This document shows, in pieces, positions 39,268 through 48,811 of a DNA stretch of 64,000 nucleotides; position 1 is the first letter of the stretch, and each line of letters starts with the position of its first letter. Source of the stretch: an uncultured delta proteobacterium (lineage in GTDB: Bacteria; Desulfobacterota; BSN033; UBA1163); contig CAWHBU010000003.1 of assembly GCA_963827685.1 (NCBI GenBank), positions 480,001 to 544,000 of the forward strand. Direction: 5' to 3'. A model generated the notes under the pieces. That model was given only the letters and a program-made list of their open reading frames with translations, did no database searches and had not been told where the DNA came from. The position numbers and the translations under genes were made by a program.

Positions 39268-40107
39268 TCACTCAGATTGAGCGAGCACGAATCTTGCGAG
39301 AGCAGTAATCAGACGCGAATCCGCCTCGACACGTTTGTTGATATCGGCTAAACCTGGAATCTCAGTACAGGCAGTCCGTGGGATGCCTGAGTGGAAGAGA
39401 AGGTCCTCAAAAGAGCCATCGCGATAGTCAAAAATGATTCCTTCGCGTACAAATCCACCCTCCAGCGGTCCGTCGGGGAAGAAGTCAAAGAACTTAGCTG
39501 CTTCATCTCGCAGGGCGTGAGAAAACAAACCAGGTGTCGGAGAAGTCTCAAACGTGTATAGATAGCATTTTAAGTACTCCATATCTTCGTGCAGTGAAAG
39601 GAAGCCATGACTTGCCAATGATGTGAGCAAGGGCAAGTGCCTTAGCAAGATCTGCCCTTCCCGAGAAGGCGGTGGTTCGTTGGGTCCGCGATGTACAGTT
39701 GGATTGCTATGAAAGAATCCCCGGTTTGGGTCTTCTCCCCAGATATTTGTGCGTATGTGATTACGGAAACCAGTCGGGTTTACCAAAGGCAGGAAAGACA
39801 GGGTCAAGGAATGAAACGATTCTAAGCTGTTCAAGAAACGGGTAATTCCCCAGCATCCAGCTGGTTCGTCGCCGTGAAAGCCTGCGGCAAAGAGAACACG
39901 TGGCCCTCCATTTAGAGTTATCGGTGTGAGGAGCAAAAGCGGGTAGCCCTCGATATCTCCTAAGTTTTGAATTCGCAAACCGCGCCTTGCCGCCAATTCG
40001 CGCAGCCGTTGCATCAGTTTATCGTAATCAAAGGCGTCGCACTTCTCCGTGTCGATCCAAGTACTGCTTTTCGATCTATCTCCAGAAAACCTTTTACCCA
40101 TTTGCAT
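39268..40107 (-). CDS. M14 zinc carboxypeptidase / succinylglutamate desuccinylase-like
   Basis: AGFHGDEPAG, NPTG...R, DPNR, SLHED, TE.P. Confidence 0.85.
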   Translation of the reverse strand: MQMGKRFSGDRSKSSTWIDTEKCDAFDYDKLMQRLRELAARRGLRIQNLGDIEGYPLLLLTPITLNGGPRVLFAAGFHGDEPAGCWGITRFLNSLESFHSLTLSFLPLVNPTGFRNHIRTNIWGEDPNRGFFHSNPTVHRGPNEPPPSREGQILLRHLPLLTSLASHGFLSLHEDMEYLKCYLYTFETSPTPGLFSHALRDEAAKFFDFFPDGPLEGGFVREGIIFDYRDGSFEDLLFHSGIPRTACTEIPGLADINKRVEADSRLITALARFVLAQSE

Positions 40108-40462
40108 TGTGAGTGCATCCTAAAATATATGCTATGTATGATAAGGATTCGCTTTTTAGTGAGTTGAATATACGAAAAACAAAGTTGTATGTCAAGAAAA
40201 AGGACCACAAGATATGCGGTCCTTTCCGCATTTGTCAATCAAATAATCCTATTGGTTTATCATATCGAATACAGCAATCGACTTACCGATTAGGGGTTGA
40301 AACATTGCATTATAGGGTGAAAATGAAAAATCAAGACTTCAGGAAGAAGTCACCATCACACTTGACAATGTCTGTATAGTCAAATTCTGACTTTCACACA
40401 TGATTAATAAGAAGCGAGGATATCCTTTGAGGTCACTCATACATCATCAAATTCACATCGCA

Positions 40463-40496
40463 GGGGTCAGGCCTATTTTCTTAGCGTTCACCTTTT
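40463..40496 (+). repeat. Repeat A copy 11 (left arm and loop)
   Basis: GGGGTCAGGCCTATTTTCTTAGCGTTCACCTTTT. Confidence 0.9.
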
Positions 40497-40514
40497 TCTT
40501 GGATCAAGCTAGAA

Positions 40515-40856
40515 TCAGGGGGATTCCTTACCTTTCCTTGTCTGGCGTGCTTTTTCCATCAACCAGTTGACGAGCGGTTTTAATTTCTCCGGCATGGCTT
40601 CCTCGCTCACTCTCACCGCGTACTGCCGGCCACTTTCTTCCAGCCTTAATTCGTACTGAAAGCGGTCAGGCTGGGGAGACCGCGACACGATCTTCCCGGG
40701 CAAATTAAAGAAGTCAGCTTCCTCAACCAGCTGGCGAAGCTTCAGAGCTTCATCTGGCGCAAGGTCTTTTTTATCAACAGCCGTTTTCATCGTTATGCCG
40801 GCAAAGCCACCGCTTCGTTCAATGGAGATCCGCAAGGTCTTTTCCTCCCCTGGCAT
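40515..40856 (-). CDS. Emfourin (protealysin inhibitor), copy 1
   Basis: RSGGFAG and PDRFQY motifs; coupled downstream of an M4 protease. Confidence 0.9.
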   Translation of the reverse strand: MPGEEKTLRISIERSGGFAGITMKTAVDKKDLAPDEALKLRQLVEEADFFNLPGKIVSRSPQPDRFQYELRLEESGRQYAVRVSEEAMPEKLKPLVNWLMEKARQTRKGKESP

Positions 40857-41899
40857 TAAGTTACCCCAACCGCTTTCCAGGCTTTCTGCACCGCTTTCAT
40901 CTCTTTGCTTCCATTACCGTAGAGATCCTTGGCAACACTGATGGTGGTAGACGCAGCACCTGCAAAATTCGACTTACTCCGCAGCCGATCCCGAAGAGCA
41001 ATGTACCAGATCTTTCCTGCCTTCGTCCAGGCATTACCACCGATCTCCATGGCCGCAAGATAGAAGGCATGGTTAGGAATGTCAGAGTTGATATGGACGC
41101 CGCCGTTATCCGAAGTGGTTTGCACGTAACCCTTCATCGTAGCCGGCTGCGGGTCCTTCCCAAGGACGGGATCATCATAGGCTGTCCCGGGCGCCTTCAT
41201 GGAGCGGAGGGCCTTTCCGTGAATTTTGGGCATTAGAAGACCCGCGCCGATCAGCCAGTCGGCTTTGGCCGCTGTTTGTTTGAGGGTCCGTTGTTTCACC
41301 AGAGAGCCGAAGACGTCCGACATGGACTCATTCAATGCCCCTGGCTGGTTGGAATAAGCAAGATTGGCTTCGTACTGGGTCACGCCGTGAGTCAACTCGT
41401 GGCCGATGACATCGATACATTTGGTGAAGCGAGCAAAGATCTCACCGTCTCCATCGCCATACACCATCTCACTGCCGTCCCAGAAGGCGTTGTCATAATT
41501 GACATCGTAATGGACATAGGAGACGATAGACATCCCCCGGTTGTCTATGGAGTTGCGCTGATAGATATCGTAGTAGAGGTCATAGGTGGCGCCTGCTCCA
41601 TCATAGGCTTCGTTGACCGCAACATCCTTTCTGGGGGGATCACCTTCTTTGCGAACCAGAGTGCCCGCAGGAGGCTGCCCGTCTTTGTGCTTGCAATCAT
41701 AGACAGTACGGGATTTATGGCCGACAGGCGCCGCTGACGGAAGGATGCCCAATGCATGGCGTTGCCCTCTGATAAAGCCAGCCGAAGTCAGGTTCCGGAG
41801 AGCCCAATCCCTCTGATGAGGCTTGCCGCGCTTAGCAATCTCTTCCAGCATGTACGGGGGGATGATAGAACGGATTCCTACATATCTGATCGGTCTCAT
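40856..41899 (-). CDS. Protealysin-like M4 metalloprotease, copy 1
   Basis: IIPPY propeptide, NAFW, HELTH, NESMSD; GVHINSD instead of GVHINSG. Confidence 0.93.
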   Translation of the reverse strand: MRPIRYVGIRSIIPPYMLEEIAKRGKPHQRDWALRNLTSAGFIRGQRHALGILPSAAPVGHKSRTVYDCKHKDGQPPAGTLVRKEGDPPRKDVAVNEAYDGAGATYDLYYDIYQRNSIDNRGMSIVSYVHYDVNYDNAFWDGSEMVYGDGDGEIFARFTKCIDVIGHELTHGVTQYEANLAYSNQPGALNESMSDVFGSLVKQRTLKQTAAKADWLIGAGLLMPKIHGKALRSMKAPGTAYDDPVLGKDPQPATMKGYVQTTSDNGGVHINSDIPNHAFYLAAMEIGGNAWTKAGKIWYIALRDRLRSKSNFAGAASTTISVAKDLYGNGSKEMKAVQKAWKAVGVT

Positions 41900-42008
41900 G
41901 ATCTTCTCCTTTTTGAAAGGAAATAAAGGTAATTACAGAATATCAAAAAGTATTACGTGTTAGAACTATTTTATTTTCGCTTCTGCTCAGTGCAGAGCCG
42001 TCGGTAGG

Positions 42009-42044
42009 AGGTTAAGTCTATTTTCTTATCGTTCACCTTTGCCA
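42009..42044 (+). repeat. Repeat A copy 12, interrupted by IS630
   Basis: GGTTAAGTCTATTTTCTTATCGTTCACCTTTGCCA|CTAG. Confidence 0.85.
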
Positions 42045-43168
42045 CTAGTATCTACTTGACATAATAAGCGTAATATGCTAACTTTCCTGTATTATGAGCA
42101 GGAAAGCAAAAGAAATCACGTTGGAGCCCGAGCAACGGGCTGAGTTGGATCGATTGGTTCGAACCCATACCACTCCCAAGCGTATGGCGGAGAGGGCGCA
42201 AATTATTCTCTGGGGTGCTGAAGGGCAGAGTAACACGGAGATTGCCAAAAGGCTGAGGACTCGTGTTGCACGCGTTTGCAAATGGCGTAGCCGTTTCGTC
42301 AGAGAAGGGTTGGCAGGTTTGCTTGATGAACCGCGCCCCGGGCAGCCACGTAAGTACACCGCAGAGACCGAACACACAATTCTGCGCAAGATCGATGAAG
42401 CTCCTCCGAAGGGATATGCCCAGTGGAACGGAAGGCTTCTGGGGGAGAGGACGAGCATCCCGGATTATGAAGTGTGGGCGGTGTTGCGCAAGTATGGGAT
42501 TAGCCTTCAGAGACGGCGCAGTTGGTGTATTTCGACGGACCCTGAATTTGCACGGAAGTCCGCTGATATTGTTGGGCTTTACCTGGATCCTCCTGAGAAC
42601 GCCATGGTGGTATGCATGGATGAGAAGCCAGCCATTCAGGCGTTGGAACGGGCTCAGGGGTGGCTTAAACTGCCCAATGGCAAGGCGCTGACGGGAGCCA
42701 ACCATGAGTATAGACGGCATGGAACGAGTACCCTCTTTGCAGCCTTGAATGTGGCCACGGGACAAGTGAAGGCGGGCCATTACGGCCGCCGTCGTCGCCG
42801 GGAGTTTCTGGATTTTATGAACGAGATCGTTGCCGAACATCCGGACGAGGAAATCCATGTGATTATGGACAATTTGAAGACTCATCGACCGAAGAGGGAT
42901 CATTGGATTAAACGCCATCCGAAGGTTCATTTTCATTTTACGCCCACACATGCTTCCTGGCTGAACCAGATCGAAATCTGGTTCAGTCTTCTGAGCCGCT
43001 ATGCCTTGAGGGGCGCCTCCTTTACAAGCGTCCGACAGTTGCGCCAGGCGATCGATGAGTTTATTTCCGTCCATAACGAAAAGGCAGCCCCGTTTGAATG
43101 GACCAAGCGTTATGTCAAATCAGTTCACCCTAAAAATAAGTACGCTTATTTATATAATTAGATACTAG
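42045..43168 (+). mobile_element. IS630-family element with single transposase (42094-43161)
   Basis: DEKP.IQA, Y.RHGT, IMDN..TH, TPTHASWLNQIE; TIR CTAGTATCTA...AATAAGCGTA at both ends. Confidence 0.93.
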
Positions 43169-43347
43169 ATTACATAGAAAATAACGTGTCCGTGTCACGT
43201 GTCCGTAAACCGTAATATTTTTTTGAGGATGACGAAGCCGTCATGAAACATTCCGTAAACATCAAAGTCTTGATCCCGAGATTTACTCTTATCTGCTCGA
43301 TGGGCGAGTGGTGCTCGATGGCACCTTTTTTCTGGATTAAGTCAGGA

Positions 43348-43689
43348 TCAGGGGGATTCCTTACCTTTCCTTGTCTGGCGGGCCTTTTCCATCAACCAGT
43401 TGACGAGCGGTTTTAATTTCTCCGGCATGGCTTCCTCGCTCACTCTCACCGCGTACTGCCGGCCACTTTCTTCCAGCCTTAATTCGTACTGAAAGCGGTC
43501 AGGCTGGGGAGACCGCGACACGATCTTACCGGGTAAATTAAAGAAGTCAGCTTCCTCAACCATCTGGCGAAGCTTCAGAGCTTCATCTGGCGCAAGGTCT
43601 TTTTTATCAACAGCCGTTTTCATCGTTATGCCGGCAAAGCCACCGCTTCGTTCAATGGAGATCCGCAAGGTCTTTTCCTCCCCTGGCAT
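43348..43689 (-). CDS. Emfourin, copy 2
   Basis: Differs from copy 1 by one residue (L/M). Confidence 0.9.
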   Translation of the reverse strand: MPGEEKTLRISIERSGGFAGITMKTAVDKKDLAPDEALKLRQMVEEADFFNLPGKIVSRSPQPDRFQYELRLEESGRQYAVRVSEEAMPEKLKPLVNWLMEKARQTRKGKESP

Positions 43690-44732
43690 TAAGTTACCCC
43701 AACCGCTTTCCAGGCTTTCTGCACCGCTTTCATCTCTTTGCTTCCATTACCGTAGAGATCCTTGGCAACACTGATGGTGGTAGATGCAGCGCTTGCAAAA
43801 TTCGACTTGCTCCGCAGCCGATCCCGAAGAGCAATATACCAGATCTTTCCTGCCTTCGTCCATGCATTACCACCGATCTCCATGGCCGCAAGATAGAAAG
43901 CATGGTTAGGAATACCCGAGTTGATGTGGACGCCTCCGTTATCCGAAGTGGTTTTCACGTAGTCCTTCATGGTCGCCGGCTGTGGGTCCTTTCCAAGGAC
44001 GGGATCATCGTAGGCTGTTCCCGGCGCCTTCATAGAGCGGAGGGCCTTCCCGTGAATCTTCGGCATTAAAAGTCCCGCACCGATCAGCCAGTCGGCTTTG
44101 GCCGCCGTCTGTTTCAAGGTCCGTTGTTTCACAAGGGAGCCGAAAACGTCCGACATGGACTCGTTCAATGCCCCTGGCTGGTTGGAATAAGCAAGATTCG
44201 CCTCGTACTGGGTCACGCCGTGAGTCAGCTCATGGCCGATGACGTCGATGCATTTGGTGAAGCGAGCGAAGATCTCACCATCTCCGTCACCATACACCAT
44301 CTCACTGCCATCCCAGAAGGCGTTGTCATAGTTGACATCGTAATGGACATAGGAGACGATAGACATCCCCCTGTTGTCTATGGAGTTGCGCTCATAGATA
44401 TCATAGTAGAGATCATAGGTGGCGCCTGCTCCGTCATAGGCTTCATTGACTGCAACATCCTTTCTGGCGGGATCACCTTCTTTGCGGACCAGAGTGCCCG
44501 TAGGAGGTTGCCCGTCTTTGTGTTTGCAATTATAGACAGTACGGGATTTATGGCCAACAGGCGCCGCTGACGGAAGGATTCCCAATGCAAAGCGCTGCCC
44601 TCTGATAAAGCCAGCCGAAGTCAGGTTCCGGAGAGCCCAATCCCTCTGATGAGGCTTGCCGCGCTTAGCAATCTCTTCCAGCATGTACGGGGGGATGATA
44701 GAACGGATTCCTACATATCTGATCGGTCTCAT
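43689..44732 (-). CDS. Protealysin-like M4 metalloprotease, copy 2
   Basis: Same length as copy 1 from MRPIRY; canonical GGVHINSGIPN. Confidence 0.93.
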   Translation of the reverse strand: MRPIRYVGIRSIIPPYMLEEIAKRGKPHQRDWALRNLTSAGFIRGQRFALGILPSAAPVGHKSRTVYNCKHKDGQPPTGTLVRKEGDPARKDVAVNEAYDGAGATYDLYYDIYERNSIDNRGMSIVSYVHYDVNYDNAFWDGSEMVYGDGDGEIFARFTKCIDVIGHELTHGVTQYEANLAYSNQPGALNESMSDVFGSLVKQRTLKQTAAKADWLIGAGLLMPKIHGKALRSMKAPGTAYDDPVLGKDPQPATMKDYVKTTSDNGGVHINSGIPNHAFYLAAMEIGGNAWTKAGKIWYIALRDRLRSKSNFASAASTTISVAKDLYGNGSKEMKAVQKAWKAVGVT

Positions 44733-44843
44733 AATCTCCTCCTTTTTGAAAGGAAATAAGGGGTAATTACAGGATATCAAAAAGTATTACGTGTTAGAAC
44801 TATTTTATTTCCGCCTGTGCTCAGCGGCGAACCGTCACTAGGT

Positions 44844-44970
44844 GGGATCAAGTCTATTTTCTTAGCATTCCCCTTTTCCACCAAATTCCGCTAAGATCGA
44901 AAACTTTATCCTGGATTCTGTCCACACCTCGATAGAATCTTCTGTCAAGTTTCAAGACCAGGCACCACCT
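44844..44970 (+). repeat. Repeat A copy 13 (long form)
   Basis: GGGATCAAGTCTATTTTCTTAGCATTCCCCTTTTCCACCAAATTCCGCTAAG...CTGTCAAGTTTCAAGACCAGGCACC. Confidence 0.92.
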
Positions 44971-45250
44971 ATTTCTGCTCTTTCGCGGGTTTTAAAATAT
45001 TAAATGTTTAACTGATATAATTGTGATAATTGTCGGGAGTCCCCTCACTGATCTCAAACTCCTCGGTGTTATCATCTGAGTATTGAGACGAATAGGCTAT
45101 GAGATAGGCGTCATGGGGGCTATATCCTGCCTTCAACGCAACGATATACGTAATGTAATAATGAAACTCAATATCCATAAACATTCAACTCTTTCCGTTA
45201 AAAGTTTAAATCCGCTTCTCCTCAATTTCATTTCTAAGTTGTTTTTTGGA

Positions 45251-46712
45251 TTACCTTTCCGTTGTTGCGGCCTTCGGGGGTGCAGGCTTCTGGGGTCCAG
45301 CCTTCTTAGGTTCAGCATTCTGGGTGACCACTTTGATTGTCGTTGCGATCATCTTATCCCCTTCCTTCTTGTACTCCACCGCGACCGGCATCTCAGCCTT
45401 CAAATCGTTAATCTTAAGCTCCGCTTTGTCTTTGGTAATCTTTGTTTGCTCATCAACTACAAAGGTGTTCTTTGTTTTCCCATCGGCACTAGTAACGACA
45501 ATGCTTTTTGCCCCCGCATCGACGCTTTCGATCTTTCCACTGAATGCTGGAGGGGACACTTTGATCGCCGTTGCGGTCGCCTTATTTCCTTCCATCTTGT
45601 CGTAGCTTACGACAACCTGCATATCTTTCGTCAAATCGGCGAAGGTAAGAGTCTTTCCGTCTTGGCTGATCTTTGTTGTTTGCTCATCAACTACAAAGGT
45701 GTTCTTTGTTTTCCCATCGGGTACTAGTAACGACAATGCTTTTTGCCCCCGCATCGACGCTTTCGATCTTTCCACTGAATGTGAGAGGCGCGGCAGGCTT
45801 CTTTGTTTCTGGTTCGCCGAGTTTCTTAGTTATAGCGTCTATTTGGCCGTCGAGATAAATTATGTAACTATCTTTTTTAATTTCTTCATCAGTTATTGTT
45901 GGCTTCTGGTGTCTCAATTCGCTTATCCGATTATCCTTTTCAAGGACAAGTACTTTCAATTTTTGCTCAAGCGATGCCCTGTCTTGACCTGTCGCAGGTT
46001 GTGTACCTTCCTCTAAGGCTTTCTGGAGACCAAGCATAAACGAACATGTCTGATGGTATTTTATAATATCAGCCAAAGCAAAATTCAAAGGGTAATCTTC
46101 GTATTTCCCGCCTTTATTAGCTTCGTATTTTGTCATTATAGCGTTTCTCTCATTAAGTCGTATTTCGTTAATTTTTTTGATAATAGCGGGGACCAATACT
46201 GACTTATAAACTGTTTCGTTAACCAGAGACCGCTCTGAATTTGAAAAAAATGCCAGTCCAGCCAAGATAGACTTGCCTATTGCTCCGGTAGTTATCGTCG
46301 CTGCCCCGGAGAAAGCATTAGTAAGTGTTCCCGTTATGATATTCACTGTTGCTTCATTTCCTAATATTGTTTTCATATGCTTTTCACACATCCCATCAGA
46401 TATGGCAATTAGATCCCCAATGAGAAGGTTTCTCTGATATACGCAAAGTTTATTAAGCTGATCGTCACTTAGCAGGTCTTTTCCCCTACACTTGGCGTCC
46501 ATTTTCCCGTTTGCTGCGTCGCCGAAAAGGTTATTATAAAGGTCACTATATTGTTTATCGTATTCTAATGGTCTAATAGAATAGTCACGATATATTAAAT
46601 TATCAAAAAGCGACCAGCATGAACAAAGTAGTAAAGCAGTCAGTATCATCAAAACATATTTATATAGAGAAGTGGGAAAATAGGAAGGAAATAAGATCTT
46701 TCTCGCTTTCAT
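45251..46712 (-). pseudogene. Lipoprotein with two C-terminal DUF5666/OB-like repeats, +1 frameshift near 45720
   Basis: LLCSC lipobox-like; repeat FSGKIESVDAGAKSIVVTS(A)DGKTKNTFVVDEQT twice; one copy has CCATCGGGTACTAG versus CCATCGGCACTAG. Confidence 0.65.
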
Positions 46713-46760
46713 ATTAATTACCTCCTGTTTTAGATAAGAATATCGTTTCTGCGATGCGAA

Positions 46761-47222
46761 TCAACTCTCTTTTTGCTCAACCCTTCCCAAATCCTGTCTC
46801 GTGGTCCTACCAAATAAGTAACCGGCAATCGCTCCGAGAACTCCAATGGCCGAGGTAAGTTGTTCTGTTGTGGGAGATGCAACCACTACAAACAAAATAG
46901 CTTGCACGACTAGAACGAGGCCACCTCCGTTGACGATATTTGCTGCTGTAAAATTTCTGCTATATTTCATGAAAAGCAATATCAAAAACAAAAACAGAAC
47001 TGTTGCTGCTGCAATGATCACAAGCAATATCAATTTTTGTTGATATTGAATCGCCCGTAATGCATAAAGACCGCTACCTGAGACTTCCTTCGGCTCCTTT
47101 TCTTTTACAAATTTCAAAACATCGTCGATCGCTTTTTTAGAGGGAACCTCTTGGGCATATAGATTGCCACAGAACGGCAAAAGCATAGCGATTGAAATTA
47201 ATATGATAAGCATTATTCTCAT
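46761..47222 (-). CDS. Hypothetical membrane protein
   Basis: Signal peptide plus 3 TM ending LGAIAGYLFG; AGGAGG RBS. Confidence 0.65.
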   Translation of the reverse strand: MRIMLIILISIAMLLPFCGNLYAQEVPSKKAIDDVLKFVKEKEPKEVSGSGLYALRAIQYQQKLILLVIIAAATVLFLFLILLFMKYSRNFTAANIVNGGGLVLVVQAILFVVVASPTTEQLTSAIGVLGAIAGYLFGRTTRQDLGRVEQKES

Positions 47223-47242
47223 AAGACTCCTCCTTGCCCTTT

Positions 47243-47575
47243 TTATGGGCACTTCTTTGACATGATGAGTTCATCCACGATCCTCTGCAGATTCATATAA
47301 TAATCCACATAGTTTTGACTTTGCGGGGAGGCACAACTATTAATCAACTTCTCCTTTAGTTGTTTCAAATCTGAGCAATTTAAGGGCTGAATGCGTTGTC
47401 TGAATTCAATGTAGACGCTAGCATCTATGCTCTTCTGTTGCTGTTGGGACCCTTCTGGAGGGAGCGGCAGAAGTTCACCACAATAAATTGAGCCCCCTGT
47501 TGCAAAAATCATAACGATTATTACTAAGATGCCCTCAATACTTTTTAATGAATAAGGAGTGACTTTATAATTCAT
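47243..47575 (-). CDS. Small exported Cys-containing protein
   Basis: Signal-like N-terminus, GGAGG RBS. Confidence 0.55.
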   Translation of the reverse strand: MNYKVTPYSLKSIEGILVIIVMIFATGGSIYCGELLPLPPEGSQQQQKSIDASVYIEFRQRIQPLNCSDLKQLKEKLINSCASPQSQNYVDYYMNLQRIVDELIMSKKCP

Positions 47576-47601
47576 TTTCTGCCTCCCTTCGATAGACTCT
47601 G

Positions 47602-48453
47602 TTAGTCTGCCTTCTTGGCGATGGTGATGTTAACTGATCCTCCTTCGGGAATTGATGTTTCAGGCACGGGTTCTTGTTTTATCACCTTCCCGACCAAGGT
47701 CTGATCTTCTGTAGTGTCTTCAGAAGACTCACCCAATTCCAGGTTAGCAGTTTTCAAGATTTCTTCTGCTTCTTCTTTTGTCTTGTGCAAAAGATTAGGG
47801 ACTTTCACTTCAGAAACTTTTTGTACTTTAACAGCCTTGAAAATGCTACTTACTTGGACATCCAACCATTTGAAGACTTCTCGAGAGCCATAACCTGAAA
47901 GTACACCGAGTCCAAACATAGATAGCGTCTGCCTTATATTGTTAGTATTAGCCTGGAAGTCTTCTCCAAGAACTGCCATCCCACTACGGACTAAGGCAAA
48001 CGCAAAGAGGGCCAAGGTAGTACCAATCCATGGATCAGTGATATGCTTCCACACAAATCGATGACCGAAAGCAGATCGCTCACTATGCCAGCCTATAACA
48101 CTCCGGATTCCATTGATAACGCCTCCAAGACCACCCCCAATAAATGTAAACACAACTAGTCGGAAAGAAGGAGAATCAAGTCCAATATCCTTATAGCCGA
48201 CCCATCTAACCAACGAATATTGTCTAATCCACACGTCAAAAAGTTGCCAGAAAAAGAAGGCAAGCATAAATAGTAGATATAGGATGCTTATGATTGCAAA
48301 AGATGTGTCTAAAGCCTTCTCAGGGTGCAGTTCGTAAACAATGCCGGTCACCTCATCGCGGACATAGATTTTCTCATGAGTCTTCCTCTTCTTCTTTATT
48401 TCCTCCTGTGTGCTATTTTGGGGAACCTCTTTGTTGGGTAGTGGATTATTCAT
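47602..48453 (-). CDS. 4-TM membrane protein with C-terminal PASTA domain
   Basis: GGLGG TM motif; VPNL..KT.EEA..IL..ANL...G.VI.Q.P...G.V.I.IA. Confidence 0.8.
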   Translation of the reverse strand: MNNPLPNKEVPQNSTQEEIKKKRKTHEKIYVRDEVTGIVYELHPEKALDTSFAIISILYLLFMLAFFFWQLFDVWIRQYSLVRWVGYKDIGLDSPSFRLVVFTFIGGGLGGVINGIRSVIGWHSERSAFGHRFVWKHITDPWIGTTLALFAFALVRSGMAVLGEDFQANTNNIRQTLSMFGLGVLSGYGSREVFKWLDVQVSSIFKAVKVQKVSEVKVPNLLHKTKEEAEEILKTANLELGESSEDTTEDQTLVGKVIKQEPVPETSIPEGGSVNITIAKKAD

Positions 48454-48605
48454 GACAAACCTCCTTTCCAATATGGGACCAAGCTTTCAGGCGGCCTTCC
48501 CGTAAAAGTAACTCTTAATAAAGTCACCACTATTCGCTTTCCTGTCCTTCTTGGACCAAATGAGGCCCAACCTCCCCTCCCCTTCTTCATAGAATAGGAC
48601 ATAAT

Positions 48606-48780
48606 TCAGGTTGACGATGCTTCCTTAAGTGAGCCTGTCCACGCCTCAAACCGCTGAGATGCGTTTTCTTGCTCCGAATAAATAATGGTATAAGTCAAGT
48701 GCTTTAAACCAACGAATCCTCCAGCCTGTCCCTTAATATACCTTTCCCGCCACGTGCCTGTATTTAAGTAAATTTGCTCT
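48606..48780 (-). pseudogene. C-terminal fragment of a second metallophosphoesterase paralog
   Basis: YLNTGTWR...LTYTIIYS.....F..WTG aligns with FFDTGTWR...LTYVIFYS...F.YWSG of 48812-50128. Confidence 0.7.
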
Positions 48781-48811
48781 AACTCGGCAATCTCGTCGCA
48801 AATATGAACAA

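Noticed and set aside
18397-44970. Repeat A as a CRISPR array
   Set aside because: Intervals are 0.2-7 kb and contain genes, the repeats are degenerate, and there is no cas operon (the TM0106 and DUF2779 Cas4-like genes are not CRISPR-linked).
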